The notes under the pieces: model-generated
The model's database searches: none
The model's input: only the letters and a program-made list of their open reading frames with translations
Told to the model about the DNA's origin: nothing
Part shown: positions 54,015 through 64,000 of the stretch, piece after piece
Numbering within the stretch: position 1 is the stretch's first letter
Layout: every line of letters starts with the position of its first letter
Position numbers and translations under genes: made by a program
NCBI GenBank assembly: GCA_964652775.1
Contig: CAZZAM010000004.1
Coordinates: 112,947 to 176,946, forward strand
Direction: 5' to 3'
DNA: 64,000 nt
Source of the DNA: an uncultured candidatus Brocadiaceae bacterium
GTDB lineage: Bacteria > Planctomycetota > UBA11346

Positions 54015-54787
54015 GACCCAACCGCACCCATTTCCTGTTTACTGAATCCAGCTTGCGTACGTCCTGCCACATCGAGTGGCCAGGGACTCGGGATCTGTTC
54101 AGCAAATCGGTGGCGAATGACGTGGATGAAATGGGTTTCGGGATCCAATCCGTTCATCGTGCACCAATGCCGATGCCAGTGTGTGCCCGTAGCGACGTGG
54201 TTGATCTCGTCGTTATAGATGCGTTTCAAGACAACGTGTGCTGCCGCATCGACTGGCTCTACGCGTGGCAGCAATCCAGCATTCACATCCAGGCCGCGCG
54301 CTTCAAGGAAACGCGGCACGGCGACGAGCTGTTCACCAAGTCCTTCGCATGTACGCGCTGCATCCCACAGTCGATGATGCACGGGTTCTGATCCCGGCGG
54401 CCAACCAGCCTGCCGAAGCCAAGCAGCCAACAGTTGAGCATGTTCGGCTTCTTCGCGAGCGACGCGCAGGCAGTCAGCGTGGAATGCTTGCGGCATATTC
54501 GGCCCACGCAGTGCCATCAGACACGCAAGGTCGATGGCTTCTAATTCAATGTGCCAAATCGCATGCAGAAAACGGCGCAAACCAGCTATGGATTCAACGC
54601 CTTTACGTCGCCGTGTTGGTGATCCTTCAATTACGTGAGCGGGACGTCCGGGCCGGTGCGGAACTACTGGTGGGATCCAGATAGTTCCGTTTGCCGGTGG
54701 AGTAAGTCCCACAAGCACGGCATCTTTGTCAGAGGCGTCTGGTGCGGCAATCGCGGCCAGCAAGCCAACGACGTAGGAATGCACAGT
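54011..54787 (-). CDS. Ferritin-like domain protein (DUF455-like)
   Basis: E...H motifs spaced as in ferritin-like diiron proteins (HAIWHIELEAIDLA; REEAEHAQLLAAW; YNDEINHVATG). The start is uncertain: the track ORF (to 54880) overlaps the upstream methyltransferase, so a GTG near 54787 is proposed. Confidence 0.5.
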   Translation of the reverse strand, partial: TVHSYVVGLLAAIAAPDASDKDAVLVGLTPPANGTIWIPPVVPHRPGRPAHVIEGSPTRRRKGVESIAGLRRFLHAIWHIELEAIDLACLMALRGPNMPQAFHADCLRVAREEAEHAQLLAAWLRQAGWPPGSEPVHHRLWDAARTCEGLGEQLVAVPRFLEARGLDVNAGLLPRVEPVDAAAHVVLKRIYNDEINHVATGTHWHRHWCTMNGLDPETHFIHVIRHRFAEQIPSPWPLDVAGRTQAGFSKQEMGAVGS

Positions 54788-54788
54788 T

Positions 54789-55682
54789 TCAACGCAGTTT
54801 GGTTGCGGTGAGGACCAAGAACAACGGGATCTCACGTGCTGCGAGATCTTCAGCGGCGTAGCGCGAGCCCTTGGTGCCACGGCGGGGATTCGTCAATTCA
54901 TCGCAACCGGTAATACCGAGTCCAACCGCACCGCACGCGTCGATGTAGGCCGACAACGGACGATGGCTCGACAAGGTCTCCATGTCGCCTTCAGCCGTGC
55001 CGCGAGCTGCGCCAGGATGAGTCGCGATGCGCATCTGATATGGCGACAGATAACCATCGATGCGTCGGTATTGCTGACGCTGATCATCATCCCAACCCCA
55101 GCTAGTGCGCTTGGGCTGGCGGAAACATGGATGCGTCAGCGCCATAACCAACCGGCCACCAGGCTGAATAACCGCCGCAGCACCCGCGAGCACCGCGTCG
55201 ATCGGCGACATGTCTTGCAGTACCATGACCGCAGCGGCGTGATCGAAGCGCTCGGCGCCGAGAGCCTCGCCCAGTTTGCGGGCATCACCAAGGAGATGCT
55301 TTTCGTTTGCGCCTGCGCGAGCCTGGGCGGTTGCGATCAGCGTTGGGCTGGCATCGACTCCCAGCGAGGCGACTCCCAAGTGTGCCAGGGCACGACCGAG
55401 AACGCCCTGGCCGCAGCCGATGTCGAGAACACGCTGACCCTTCTTTGCGCCAAGTCGCTTGAGTACAGCCGGCAATAACACCTGCTGGTAAAGATCCGCA
55501 CCGCCTTGGCCTTGGAGTTGATCGTACCAATAGGCCTGATTCTCCCACGCCGTCTCTGCTGCCGGGGCGGCGGATGATTTCGCCGCCGGGCGCGAACGCT
55601 GCTGCGCGGTGTTGGGCGCGTCAGCAGAAACACGGTTTCGACGCGGTGGACCGCTGTAATCGCGACGGGGAAACTGAGCCAT
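54789..55682 (-). CDS. Class I SAM-dependent methyltransferase
   Basis: Motif I VLDIGCGQGVLGRALA and motif II/post-I acidic residue LGVDASP; ~298 aa from the internal Met. Confidence 0.7.
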   Translation of the reverse strand: MAQFPRRDYSGPPRRNRVSADAPNTAQQRSRPAAKSSAAPAAETAWENQAYWYDQLQGQGGADLYQQVLLPAVLKRLGAKKGQRVLDIGCGQGVLGRALAHLGVASLGVDASPTLIATAQARAGANEKHLLGDARKLGEALGAERFDHAAAVMVLQDMSPIDAVLAGAAAVIQPGGRLVMALTHPCFRQPKRTSWGWDDDQRQQYRRIDGYLSPYQMRIATHPGAARGTAEGDMETLSSHRPLSAYIDACGAVGLGITGCDELTNPRRGTKGSRYAAEDLAAREIPLFLVLTATKLR

Positions 55683-55783
55683 GGGCGTGATGGTCGCGCC
55701 TGCACCATGTTCACAAGCGCCATAGTAAACTAGGCATAAGGTGGCGATTGACCAGAGGCTCCCTGGCGGTTGGATGCCGCACC

Positions 55784-56419
55784 ATGCTGCAACGACTAGT
55801 TCGCTGGCTCCTGCCACAAGAAGCCCGCTTTTACGATTTGGTCGAGCGTCAAGCCGCCATTGCCCACGAGGCCGCCAAGGCCATGGCTGGATACCGTGCT
55901 GGTCGCAGTGCGGTTGATATCAAGGCACAAGTGGAATTGCTCGAACGGCAGGGGGACGATGCGGGACGCGCGATGATCGAAGCGCTGGGCCGCACCTTCT
56001 CGACTCCGATAGATCGCGAGGACCTCCAGCGGCTGTCGAAAAAACTGGATGACATTACCGACTTCATCAATCTCGCGGCACGCGACTGTGCGCTTTATGG
56101 TGTAGATCAGCCGACCCAGCCCATGCTGCTACAAGTTGAAAAACTCTGCGCATGCACCGAATTGGTATCTGCGGCAACCCCATGGCTACGCCGGCAGGCT
56201 TATCCTGAGATTATCGACCTGTCACGACGTATCGGCACGCTCAGAGATGAAGCAAACAACGTGTGTACAGCGGCAATTAATCAGCTGTTCCATGACCCCG
56301 CCATCGATGCAAAAACCATTTTACGCGAGAAGGAAGTGCTCGAGGCGCTCGACAAAGCGATCAATCGCTGCGAACAAGTTGGTGAGGTGCTGACCAATAT
56401 CGCAGTTAAGAACGGGTGA
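55784..56419 (+). CDS. DUF47/PhoU-like phosphate transport regulator (PiT accessory protein)
   Basis: ~210 aa all-helical protein with the characteristic PhoU-like repeats; it sits immediately upstream of the PiT transporter, the canonical pairing. Confidence 0.75.
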   Translation: MLQRLVRWLLPQEARFYDLVERQAAIAHEAAKAMAGYRAGRSAVDIKAQVELLERQGDDAGRAMIEALGRTFSTPIDREDLQRLSKKLDDITDFINLAARDCALYGVDQPTQPMLLQVEKLCACTELVSAATPWLRRQAYPEIIDLSRRIGTLRDEANNVCTAAINQLFHDPAIDAKTILREKEVLEALDKAINRCEQVGEVLTNIAVKNG

Positions 56420-56426
56420 TAATTCG

Positions 56427-57710
56427 ATGTTGACCATGCTTGTGCTGGTGGTGGTAGCTGCATTGATCTTCGATTTCATCAATGGCTTTCACGATGCCGC
56501 TAATGCAATTGCTACGTCAGTGGCAACTGGAGTCATGTCGATTCGCACCGCGGTTATCGTTTCAGGCATATTTAATTTCATTGGCGCGTTGTCTGGCACA
56601 GCCGTGGCCAGCTTTATCGCCAGCGGACTTGTTCCCGACATCTCATTGGTCACCCCAACTGTTATCCTCAGTACTTTGATCGGTGCCTCTGCGTGGAATC
56701 TGATTACCTGGTGGTATGGCATCCCATCGAGTTCAAGTCACGCTTTGATTGGCGCCCTGGCCGGAGCAGTCGTGGCGCACGCTGGTTTCGCTGCGTTTTC
56801 CTGGGAAAAAATGACCGACAAGGTGCTTATCCCCTTGGTGCAGTCGCCAGCAATTGGTTTTTTCATTGCCTTCTTGGCGGTGGTGGCAGCCGTATGGATA
56901 TTTCGAAACGCTCGTCCTGCACCAGTTAATCGCGGAGCCAGGGTCCTCCAATTCGTTTCCGCCTGCACGTTATCCTATGCTCATGGACTCAATGATGCGC
57001 AGAAGGTCATGGGCGTTATCACGCTGGGGCTGGTGGCCTTCATGTCAGGGTACGGCTTGAAGCCGCTCTTGGTTCCAGCGAAAGGCCAAGACGCCGCTAC
57101 ATTTCAGGCAAACGTTGCCGCGTTCCACGTTCAATCCGCAGCCAGTAAAAATAAATCCGATGTGGATAAGTCAGTCGTGCCATCAGTCTCGATGAGCCCG
57201 TTGCCGTTGCGTAGTGATGTCCAAGCATACGAAGCCACAATTCAGAGATCAGGGATGTCGGCCTTCATGAAGGAACATGCGCATGAACTTCTACCGACGG
57301 CGCACATCGTTAAGGACAAAAAGGATCCCAAAAAATTAGCTGAGGTGAATAACGTCCCATTCTGGGCCATCTTTACTTGTGCTGCAGCCATGTGCTTGGG
57401 GACGATTGCAGGCGGGAAACGCATTATCAAAACCATGGGCTCTAAAATTGTCCGTATGAGTCCTTTGCAAGGCTTTGCCGCGCAGACCAGTGGTACAGCC
57501 GTGATCATTGGCTTCAGCATGGTGGGCACACCTTTGTCCACGACGCACTGCATCAGTGCGAGTATCCTTGGCGCTGGTTCGTCATTTGGCCTGAGTCGCG
57601 TGCGCTGGAATGTCGCGATTAATATCGTCTTCGCTTGGTTGCTGACCTTGCCGGCCAGTGCGGCCATGGCCTGGTTGGTTGAGAAGGGTCTGGAGTCGAT
57701 GAACTTATAG
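56427..57710 (+). CDS. pitA: Inorganic phosphate transporter, PiT (PHO4) family
   Basis: N-terminal GFHDAANAIATSV signature and its C-terminal repeat (GLNDAQKVMG); ~10 TM helices with a large central hydrophilic loop. Confidence 0.9.
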   Translation: MLTMLVLVVVAALIFDFINGFHDAANAIATSVATGVMSIRTAVIVSGIFNFIGALSGTAVASFIASGLVPDISLVTPTVILSTLIGASAWNLITWWYGIPSSSSHALIGALAGAVVAHAGFAAFSWEKMTDKVLIPLVQSPAIGFFIAFLAVVAAVWIFRNARPAPVNRGARVLQFVSACTLSYAHGLNDAQKVMGVITLGLVAFMSGYGLKPLLVPAKGQDAATFQANVAAFHVQSAASKNKSDVDKSVVPSVSMSPLPLRSDVQAYEATIQRSGMSAFMKEHAHELLPTAHIVKDKKDPKKLAEVNNVPFWAIFTCAAAMCLGTIAGGKRIIKTMGSKIVRMSPLQGFAAQTSGTAVIIGFSMVGTPLSTTHCISASILGAGSSFGLSRVRWNVAINIVFAWLLTLPASAAMAWLVEKGLESMNL

Positions 57711-57812
57711 TGTGCGGCTGGCGTAAGGTGATTTATGGCTCGGCATGACCTCGTTTCGTTGTCCAGTACTTACGACATACCAATGCTGATATTCCACATA
57801 GAGTCTCGCACC

Positions 57813-59015
57813 ATGATGAAACATTGGGTCCTGCTCTTGGCGTGGTTATCCGTTGCGGCGTGTGGCAAGGCGACTGCGCCATCGGTTGCTGCTTCCAGGT
57901 CACCCATTCTTGTCGAAGTAGCCACCGCAAAAATGAACGATGTGCCAATTATTATTCCGGCGATTGGCAGCGTGCTGGCTTCTGAATCAGTACTCGTTCG
58001 CCCACAGGTAACGGCGCTGATTCGTAGCATCCAGTTCACGGAGGGCAGTTCGGTTACGGCAGGCACGCCGCTATTCCAACTTGATGATCGTCCGTTCGTG
58101 GCTGCGTTGCAGCAGGCAGAAGCAGACCTTGTTCGTTCCCGAGCCGCCGAACGCCAAGCTGCGGCTTTTCTTGAACGACAACGATCACAACTTGCGCTTG
58201 CTGAAATCGAAGAGCGACGAACGACGGATTTGGCCGGTAAATCACTCATAACCGAGCAACTTGTCGCGCAAATCCACGCTGCATTGCGCGGGGCCCATGC
58301 AGATGTACTGGCCGCTGACGCGGCCGTTGCTACAGCCCATGCTGGAGTTATCGCTGCTGAATCGGCGGTAGCGAAGGAGCGATTGAATGTCTCCTGGTGT
58401 TCGATTGTCGCCCCGCTGTCGGGACGAACCGGCATTCTTGGAATGACTGCCGGTAATCTCGCAGTCGCCAACCAGACCGAACTCATCACCATTGTCAGAA
58501 TGCAGCCGATCCTGATGGATTTTTCCGTCCCTGGAGCAAATCTCGCAGCGATTCAGGCGGCGCAGCTGCAAGGTCCAGTTGTAGTCGAAGCGAGTTTGGA
58601 ACAAGGAGGCGCAACCGAAACTGGAACGCTCACCATGATTGATAATCAGATCAACTCGGCGTCGGGATCGATTCGCTTACGCGCCATGTTTACCAATGCC
58701 AATATGCGGCTTTGGCCAGGTCAGCAATGTCGGGTTGCCATGCACCTTGGAGTTGAATTGCAGGTTGTGACTGTTCCTGAAAAAGCAGTCCAGGCTGGCC
58801 AGCGTGGGAATATCGTTTGGGTAGTTCAAGCCGATCAATCAGTGGCACCACAGGTAGTCGAAGTACGTCGAAGTAACAACGGACTGGCGGTCATCGGATC
58901 TGGAGTCACTGCCGGTATGCGCGTAGTTATCGATGGGCAGTTTCAATTAACCCAAGGTACCAAGGTCGGAACGAAGGCTGACGCCGCCGGCAAGGTCGAA
59001 TCAGCGCGACGATGA
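57813..59015 (+). CDS. Efflux RND transporter periplasmic adaptor (membrane fusion protein)
   Basis: Lipoprotein-type signal (LAWLSVAACG), coiled-coil region rich in Ala/Gln/Arg, beta-barrel and lipoyl-like motifs; the ATGA overlap with the downstream RND pump is the typical pairing. Confidence 0.8.
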   Translation: MMKHWVLLLAWLSVAACGKATAPSVAASRSPILVEVATAKMNDVPIIIPAIGSVLASESVLVRPQVTALIRSIQFTEGSSVTAGTPLFQLDDRPFVAALQQAEADLVRSRAAERQAAAFLERQRSQLALAEIEERRTTDLAGKSLITEQLVAQIHAALRGAHADVLAADAAVATAHAGVIAAESAVAKERLNVSWCSIVAPLSGRTGILGMTAGNLAVANQTELITIVRMQPILMDFSVPGANLAAIQAAQLQGPVVVEASLEQGGATETGTLTMIDNQINSASGSIRLRAMFTNANMRLWPGQQCRVAMHLGVELQVVTVPEKAVQAGQRGNIVWVVQADQSVAPQVVEVRRSNNGLAVIGSGVTAGMRVVIDGQFQLTQGTKVGTKADAAGKVESARR

Positions 59016-62000
59016 GCTTCACCGGAGTATTCATTCAGCGCCCAGTCATGACCACGCTGGTCATGATCGCTATTTTAGGGGCTGGCCTCATTGGCTGGTC
59101 GCGCTTACCGATCAGTGATTTGCCAAAGATCGATTATCCCACCATCTCAATTTCGGCTTCGCTGCCCGGGGCAGATCCAGAAACCATGGCGGCGACCGTT
59201 GCTGTGCCATTAGAGCGTCAAATCGCCGCTGTCTCCGGTGTCGATTCCCTGTCGTCGACAAGTTCACAGGGAACGACGCAGATCACCGTCCAGTTCCTAC
59301 TTGAGCGGGACATTGACTCGGCTGCCCAGGATATCCAAGCCGCTATTTCTCGCGCACTCAAGCAGTTGCCACCAGAAATGACAGCGCCGCCGACTTGGCA
59401 GAAGGTCAACCCAGCAGATCTTCCGATCTTATTGATCGCACTCCACTCATCCACCTTGCCCATGTCGCAGCTGAATGCTTACGCGGACACATTGATCGCG
59501 CAGCGATTGTCAATGGTGAACGGAGTTGCCCAAGTATCGGTGTTCGGGAACTACAAAAGTGCTGTACGAATCAAGCTTGACCCCGATCGCCTGGCTGGCC
59601 GCAATATATCCATTGATGAGGTCGCGTCGGCAGTTGATCACGAGAACTCTAATCATCCATTAGGCACATTGTGGGGCGCGAACAAGACCTGGACCATGCA
59701 CACCAATGCAGGGCTAAAGAATGCCGATGATTTCAAGGTCCTTACCGTCGCGTGGCGCAATGGATCGCCGGTCAAGCTGAGTGAGGTGGCAAAGGTCATC
59801 GACGGCTACCAGAACGTGAAAACAGCAGCGTGGTTTAATGACATACGGGCAATCGGTCTCGCCATCTATCGTCAACCAGGCAGCAACACAATCGCCATTG
59901 TCGATGCGATTCGTGAGTTGCTCCCGGAGATTCGCCAGCGCTTGCCCAAACAGGCTGAGTTACAAACGAATATCGACCGATCACTGCCCATCCGCGCCTC
60001 GATAGCAGAGGTTCAGTTCACGCTCATCCTCACCGCCGTACTTGTTGTATTGGTTATCTTTGTCTTTTTGCGCCGCTTGTCGGCCACGCTCATTCCGGCG
60101 TTGTCGCTGCCGTTGTCATTGATCGGAACCTTTGCCGTCTTGTCGGCAATGAATTATAGTATCGACAACATCTCCATGGTGGCATTGGTGTTGGTGACTG
60201 GATTCGTGGTCGATGATGCCATTGTTGTGCTGGAGAACATTGTTCGACGCATGGAGACGGGCGAATCGGCGCAGCAAGCGGCACTGAAAGGTTCACAGCA
60301 GATCGCATTCACGGTCCTCTCAATGACGCTGTCGTTGATGGCTGTATTCATCCCGGTCATGTTCATGAGTGGTGTGCTTGGGCGTTTGTTTCAAGAATTT
60401 GCTGTCACCGTCATGGTGGCCATCGCCATTTCAGGCTTCGTTTCCTTGACCTTGATACCAATGATGTGCAGTCGGATGCTGCGTCCTATGCCACGGCATC
60501 CTGGGCGTTTGTATCAACTGGGTGAACATTGGTTCGATGCTTGGAAATCCTGGTATGCATGGACTCTAGATCGGGCATTGGCGCATCGTCGTTGGGTGTT
60601 GGCAACACTCATTGCATCCTTCGTCCTGGTCTGGTATCTACTAGGCCTAGTTCCGCGCGGTATGATTCCCAATGAGGACATCGGTCAAATCCGCCTGCAA
60701 ACCGAATTCGCAGCTGACTCATCGTTCGAGGACATGGTTACCAAACAGTGCGCGGTCGCAGCTATCGTGCAAAAGAATGCGCATATCCGGTCATTTCTTT
60801 CCAGTGTCGGTTCCAGTCAGAGTAATCAGGGAACAATGTTTATTCGCTTGAAAGATGCTCCCGAGCGAAAGGCGCCTCCGGAGATGGTCATTGCTCAATT
60901 GCGCAAAGAGTTGTCCGGTGTGGTTGGGGTCAAGATTTCGCCACAAATCATTCCGCCGATTCGTATTGGCGCCAGGCTCAGCAAGGCGCAATTCCAATAC
61001 ACCCTGCAGGGAACCGACACCAGCGAGCTCTATGCGGCAACGAATGCATTAATGGGGAGACTAGATAACGTTAAGGAGATCACTGACGTTTCATCTGATT
61101 TACAACTCGACTATCCCCGGGTGAACATCGCCATCGACCGTGATCGTGCTGCGTCGCTGGGTGTCTCTGCTAAGCGCATTGAGACTACCCTGGGTATGGC
61201 CTATGGAGGTCGACAGATCTCAACGATCTACACTGATGCTGATCAGTTCAGTGTCATTCTGGAAGTAGATGCCGCTCATCAAGTGAACACGGCCAAGCTG
61301 GCGGAACTACGCATCCGCCCAGATCTATTTCCAAGTAACGCGTTGGTTCAACTCGCTACGATCGCTACGATCACGACCGGCGTCGGTCCAATCTCCATCA
61401 ACCATCAAGGCCAGCTGCCAGCAGTTACACTCGCGTTCAATCTCCGCGATGGCGTTTCCTTAGGGACGGCCGTTGATCGAATTCAAGCGTGCGCTGCGCA
61501 GGTGTTGCCGGCATCAGTTTCCGGAGCCTTCACTGGTGCTGCACAAGCCTATCAGACTTCGTTGGCCAGTATGGGCATTTTGCTGCTGCTTTCCATCGCG
61601 GTGATTTATCTCGTTCTCGGCATATTGTACGAGAGCTTTATTCATCCGCTGACCATTCTGAGCGGATTGCCCTCGGCCGGCATCGGTGCGTTGCTTGCGT
61701 TGCTGATTTTTCGCAACGAGCTGAACGTCTACAGCTTCATCGGTATCATTATGCTGGTCGGCATCGTCAAGAAAAACGCGATTATGATGATCGATTTCGC
61801 CATTGAGGCCCGCAAAGAGCGTGGACTAGATGCGATGCAGGCGATTCGCGAAGGTTGTCTCGCGCGGTTTCGGCCGATCATGATGACCACCGTCGCTGCG
61901 TTGGCTGGCGCTCTGCCACTGGCAATCGGAATCGGCACGGTGTCCCATTCACGCCAGTCACTTGGTATTGCCGTGGTTGGCGGCTTAATTATCTCTCAAT

Positions 62001-62095
62001 TTATCACGCTGTATCTTACTCCGGTTATTTACGTGTATTTGGATCGGCTCCAAGTCTGGATTCAGAGGCGGGTTTGGCTGCATGCTCGGGAGTAA
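59012..62095 (+). CDS. Efflux RND transporter permease (AcrB/CzcA HAE family)
   Basis: 1027 aa, 12 TM in 1+5 / 1+5 topology with two large periplasmic loops; N-terminal MSFTGVFIQRPVMTTLVMIAILGAGLIGWSRLPISDLP matches the AcrB-family start. Confidence 0.9.
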   Translation: MSFTGVFIQRPVMTTLVMIAILGAGLIGWSRLPISDLPKIDYPTISISASLPGADPETMAATVAVPLERQIAAVSGVDSLSSTSSQGTTQITVQFLLERDIDSAAQDIQAAISRALKQLPPEMTAPPTWQKVNPADLPILLIALHSSTLPMSQLNAYADTLIAQRLSMVNGVAQVSVFGNYKSAVRIKLDPDRLAGRNISIDEVASAVDHENSNHPLGTLWGANKTWTMHTNAGLKNADDFKVLTVAWRNGSPVKLSEVAKVIDGYQNVKTAAWFNDIRAIGLAIYRQPGSNTIAIVDAIRELLPEIRQRLPKQAELQTNIDRSLPIRASIAEVQFTLILTAVLVVLVIFVFLRRLSATLIPALSLPLSLIGTFAVLSAMNYSIDNISMVALVLVTGFVVDDAIVVLENIVRRMETGESAQQAALKGSQQIAFTVLSMTLSLMAVFIPVMFMSGVLGRLFQEFAVTVMVAIAISGFVSLTLIPMMCSRMLRPMPRHPGRLYQLGEHWFDAWKSWYAWTLDRALAHRRWVLATLIASFVLVWYLLGLVPRGMIPNEDIGQIRLQTEFAADSSFEDMVTKQCAVAAIVQKNAHIRSFLSSVGSSQSNQGTMFIRLKDAPERKAPPEMVIAQLRKELSGVVGVKISPQIIPPIRIGARLSKAQFQYTLQGTDTSELYAATNALMGRLDNVKEITDVSSDLQLDYPRVNIAIDRDRAASLGVSAKRIETTLGMAYGGRQISTIYTDADQFSVILEVDAAHQVNTAKLAELRIRPDLFPSNALVQLATIATITTGVGPISINHQGQLPAVTLAFNLRDGVSLGTAVDRIQACAAQVLPASVSGAFTGAAQAYQTSLASMGILLLLSIAVIYLVLGILYESFIHPLTILSGLPSAGIGALLALLIFRNELNVYSFIGIIMLVGIVKKNAIMMIDFAIEARKERGLDAMQAIREGCLARFRPIMMTTVAALAGALPLAIGIGTVSHSRQSLGIAVVGGLIISQFITLYLTPVIYVYLDRLQVWIQRRVWLHARE

Positions 62096-62167
62096 CAGGC
62101 CTGCCTTGATCTGGTCCTAGATTTGACTTAGCTTCAACTCGGCCACCGCCATCATACAGGTAGCAGC

Positions 62168-63091
62168 ATGACCGCCTCGGAACCTCCAGCATTCGAAATG
62201 GACATGGGCGAGGAGCCTGCGGCCAAGCCAGCCAGCGACCGAATAGCGCCCGCTGATCAGATAAGCACTCAGGAACGCGACGAGCACCGCCGACTGAGCG
62301 AACTGCGCACACAAATGGTTGCCCACATGGATGAATCGCGGCAAATCCAGAATTTTATTAATCTGGATGCGCTAGCGCTTGCTGGGCTATGCGGTCAGGG
62401 TCTATGTGCAGCCCTCAGGGTCGATTCCTGGGCTGGCTGGGTACCGATGGCGTTCCTGGCTACGTTGGCCTCGCTCGCTTGGGTTGTGTGGATGTGGCGA
62501 CGCACGCTCAACCCAATTCTCAAGATGGCCGCCTTGCCGCTTCCCCTCGATGACACTTCTGCATCGCGTAGCTTTTCCCTCGATGCCGCCCAACGCGATC
62601 AGGCACGCAAACGACGTGAACAAGACATCACCAACATTGAACTCTGCGTTAATGAACTATCGGTGCTCAGACCACGACTGCGTGGCGCAGTTCGCGGTGC
62701 GTGCTGGGGTGCAGTCTGCGGATGGGTCATCGGATTCATGTCCCCGGCAGGCATTGTTCTGTTAGCTGGATCTGCCGCAGCCGGGGTAGCATCCGCCAGC
62801 TTTTGGTTTGCTGCCAAGGGTACCTGGTCCATGCAGCTGATTCGTCAGATCATATTGTTTGGCGTTCCTGGCGTCGCTCTCGTGGTGAGTCTTGCTTGTG
62901 GCCATCGCACGTTGTGGCCTGGTGCTTGGCCTATCATCGGCATGGCCATAGTCGTCGCCGCAGGGTGGCATAAGCAGCGAGAACTTTTGCGGCTCAGTAA
63001 ACTTGTTCCGGCTGACGGGATTCCAGATTATCCTGCTTCGAAAAACGCAGATCCGGTTAGCGGGGACGCGCAAAAAGAAGCAGATCACTAG
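62168..63091 (+). CDS. Hypothetical membrane protein
   Basis: 307 aa; acidic N-terminal region then 5-6 hydrophobic helices; no recognisable family. Confidence 0.45.
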   Translation: MTASEPPAFEMDMGEEPAAKPASDRIAPADQISTQERDEHRRLSELRTQMVAHMDESRQIQNFINLDALALAGLCGQGLCAALRVDSWAGWVPMAFLATLASLAWVVWMWRRTLNPILKMAALPLPLDDTSASRSFSLDAAQRDQARKRREQDITNIELCVNELSVLRPRLRGAVRGACWGAVCGWVIGFMSPAGIVLLAGSAAAGVASASFWFAAKGTWSMQLIRQIILFGVPGVALVVSLACGHRTLWPGAWPIIGMAIVVAAGWHKQRELLRLSKLVPADGIPDYPASKNADPVSGDAQKEADH

Positions 63092-63983
63092 GTTGCGGAT
63101 CAACAGCCAACACCATGCGTTTTGGGGCCGCACCGAGCAGTAATGCAACTGGGACGCCCGGAAGTCGCCAATCAACACTGAGGGAAGGATCTCCCGAGCG
63201 CAGCCAGCGCATGTCGTTCTGCCAGTCAGTCGCCGCCGCTGCGGCCGCAAGCATATTGCCCGCAGTGATAATGACGACGAGTTGAACGCTCCTGCCTATC
63301 AGCGCCTGCTTGTATGGCTCGAGCCATTCCCGCGCGCTGGCATCTGGGGCACCAATAAAGCAGACCAGCACGGGATTGTCGGCTAGTGAATCCGGCCCAA
63401 CGGGCATTCCTGGAATTGACGGAGCGGTGTTGCCAACCAACTCATAAAACTCGACCAACTTCAGCAAACCGGCAACTGGATATTTTTCATCGATGCGTGC
63501 AGCTAGGTTTTTTGCTTCAATCGTTCGACCAAGTCGTAACAGCGCACGGATTCGCAGTTCGGATGCCGGATAGCCACGAAAGGCGTCTATTGAAAGCCGC
63601 TCCAGTCGATCCAGCATAGACAATGTACGATCAGGTCCGTTAGCTCCACCATGGTTCAAGGTCCATGCCGCAAGTTGAAACAGTGGCCAGCTTTCGTGGC
63701 GGGTACCCTGGCATTGGGCCAAATCATGCTCGAGTCGAGGCCCGAAGGCGATTTCAGCCGCGCGCTTTTTCGGACCGGTCAGGTCCCTGAGCGCCTGTAG
63801 ATCAGATTCTAATTTTTTAGCAGTCGCTTCAGCTACTGTGCTTTCGCTCGCCGATGCAGGCGGCAATCGTCGATCCGCACATCCCCCGAGTAGCACAGCG
63901 CATAACCCCATTGTTTGCATTGAAGAAAGCAGAGCACGACGCATGTGCTGCACTAAGATTCCTGATTTATCCGATGTATTCAT
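63057..63983 (-). CDS. Hypothetical lipoprotein
   Basis: Signal peptide with lipobox-like LLGGC; 308 aa; its 3' end overlaps the convergent 62168-63091 ORF by ~35 nt. Confidence 0.45.
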   Translation of the reverse strand: MNTSDKSGILVQHMRRALLSSMQTMGLCAVLLGGCADRRLPPASASESTVAEATAKKLESDLQALRDLTGPKKRAAEIAFGPRLEHDLAQCQGTRHESWPLFQLAAWTLNHGGANGPDRTLSMLDRLERLSIDAFRGYPASELRIRALLRLGRTIEAKNLAARIDEKYPVAGLLKLVEFYELVGNTAPSIPGMPVGPDSLADNPVLVCFIGAPDASAREWLEPYKQALIGRSVQLVVIITAGNMLAAAAAATDWQNDMRWLRSGDPSLSVDWRLPGVPVALLLGAAPKRMVLAVDPQPSDLLLFARPR

Positions 63984-64000
63984 AACTGGTAGGTTGCGGC

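Noticed and set aside
1-64000. CRISPR arrays, rRNA, tRNA, integrase/transposase genes
   Set aside because: No regularly spaced direct repeats were seen. No intergenic segment showed tRNA hallmarks such as a GGTTCGAATCC-like T-arm, and none is long enough for rRNA. No integrase/transposase-like ORF was seen; apart from the 3142-3294 inverted repeat, no mobile element was identified.

Overview
High-GC (about 60-65%) bacterial chromosomal segment with densely packed genes; many have 4-8 nt ATGA/GTGA stop-start overlaps. The content (several PQQ-like beta-propeller paralogs, TAT-exported proteins, Hanks kinase plus FHA partner, DUF1080-like domains) suggests a Planctomycetota/Verrucomicrobiota-like genome, but this is inference only. 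Recognisable housekeeping genes: an aldo/keto reductase, a UvrD/PcrA helicase, panC, lepA, pepA, trpF, a phosphofructokinase, a PiT/PhoU-like pair and an RND efflux pair. Two long, translationally coupled operons stand out. (1) ~18.1-33.0 kb: two membrane-anchored PQQ-like beta-propellers, a TAT-exported NHL beta-propeller, a 65-aa TAT-signal Cys-rich ORF, a TAT-exported NapG-like poly-ferredoxin, a NapH-like membrane Fe-S protein, a fused NuoE-NuoF-ferredoxin flavoprotein, a 2Fe-2S/GltD-like flavoprotein, an ABC ATPase, a 1014-aa FtsX-type permease and another beta-propeller. The architecture recalls clade-II nos clusters but has no known catalytic subunit, so it is a candidate undescribed NAD(P)H-to-periplasm electron-transfer system. 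(2) ~35.5-50.4 kb, divergent from a MarR regulator: two PQQ-like propellers, DUF3311 plus a sodium:solute symporter, a LuxE-like synthetase, a LuxC-like reductase, an Fe-alcohol dehydrogenase, a HemN-like radical SAM enzyme, a 182-aa hypothetical, a flavin-dependent-halogenase-like protein, a hotdog thioesterase and a PaaK-like ligase. This looks like a cryptic carboxylate-modification or natural-product-like pathway. Other points: a 32-bp perfect inverted repeat (89-nt spacer) between the helicase and the reductase, an AT-rich islet with a small membrane protein, and a conserved C-terminal domain shared by two secreted proteins. No rRNA, tRNA or CRISPR was seen.
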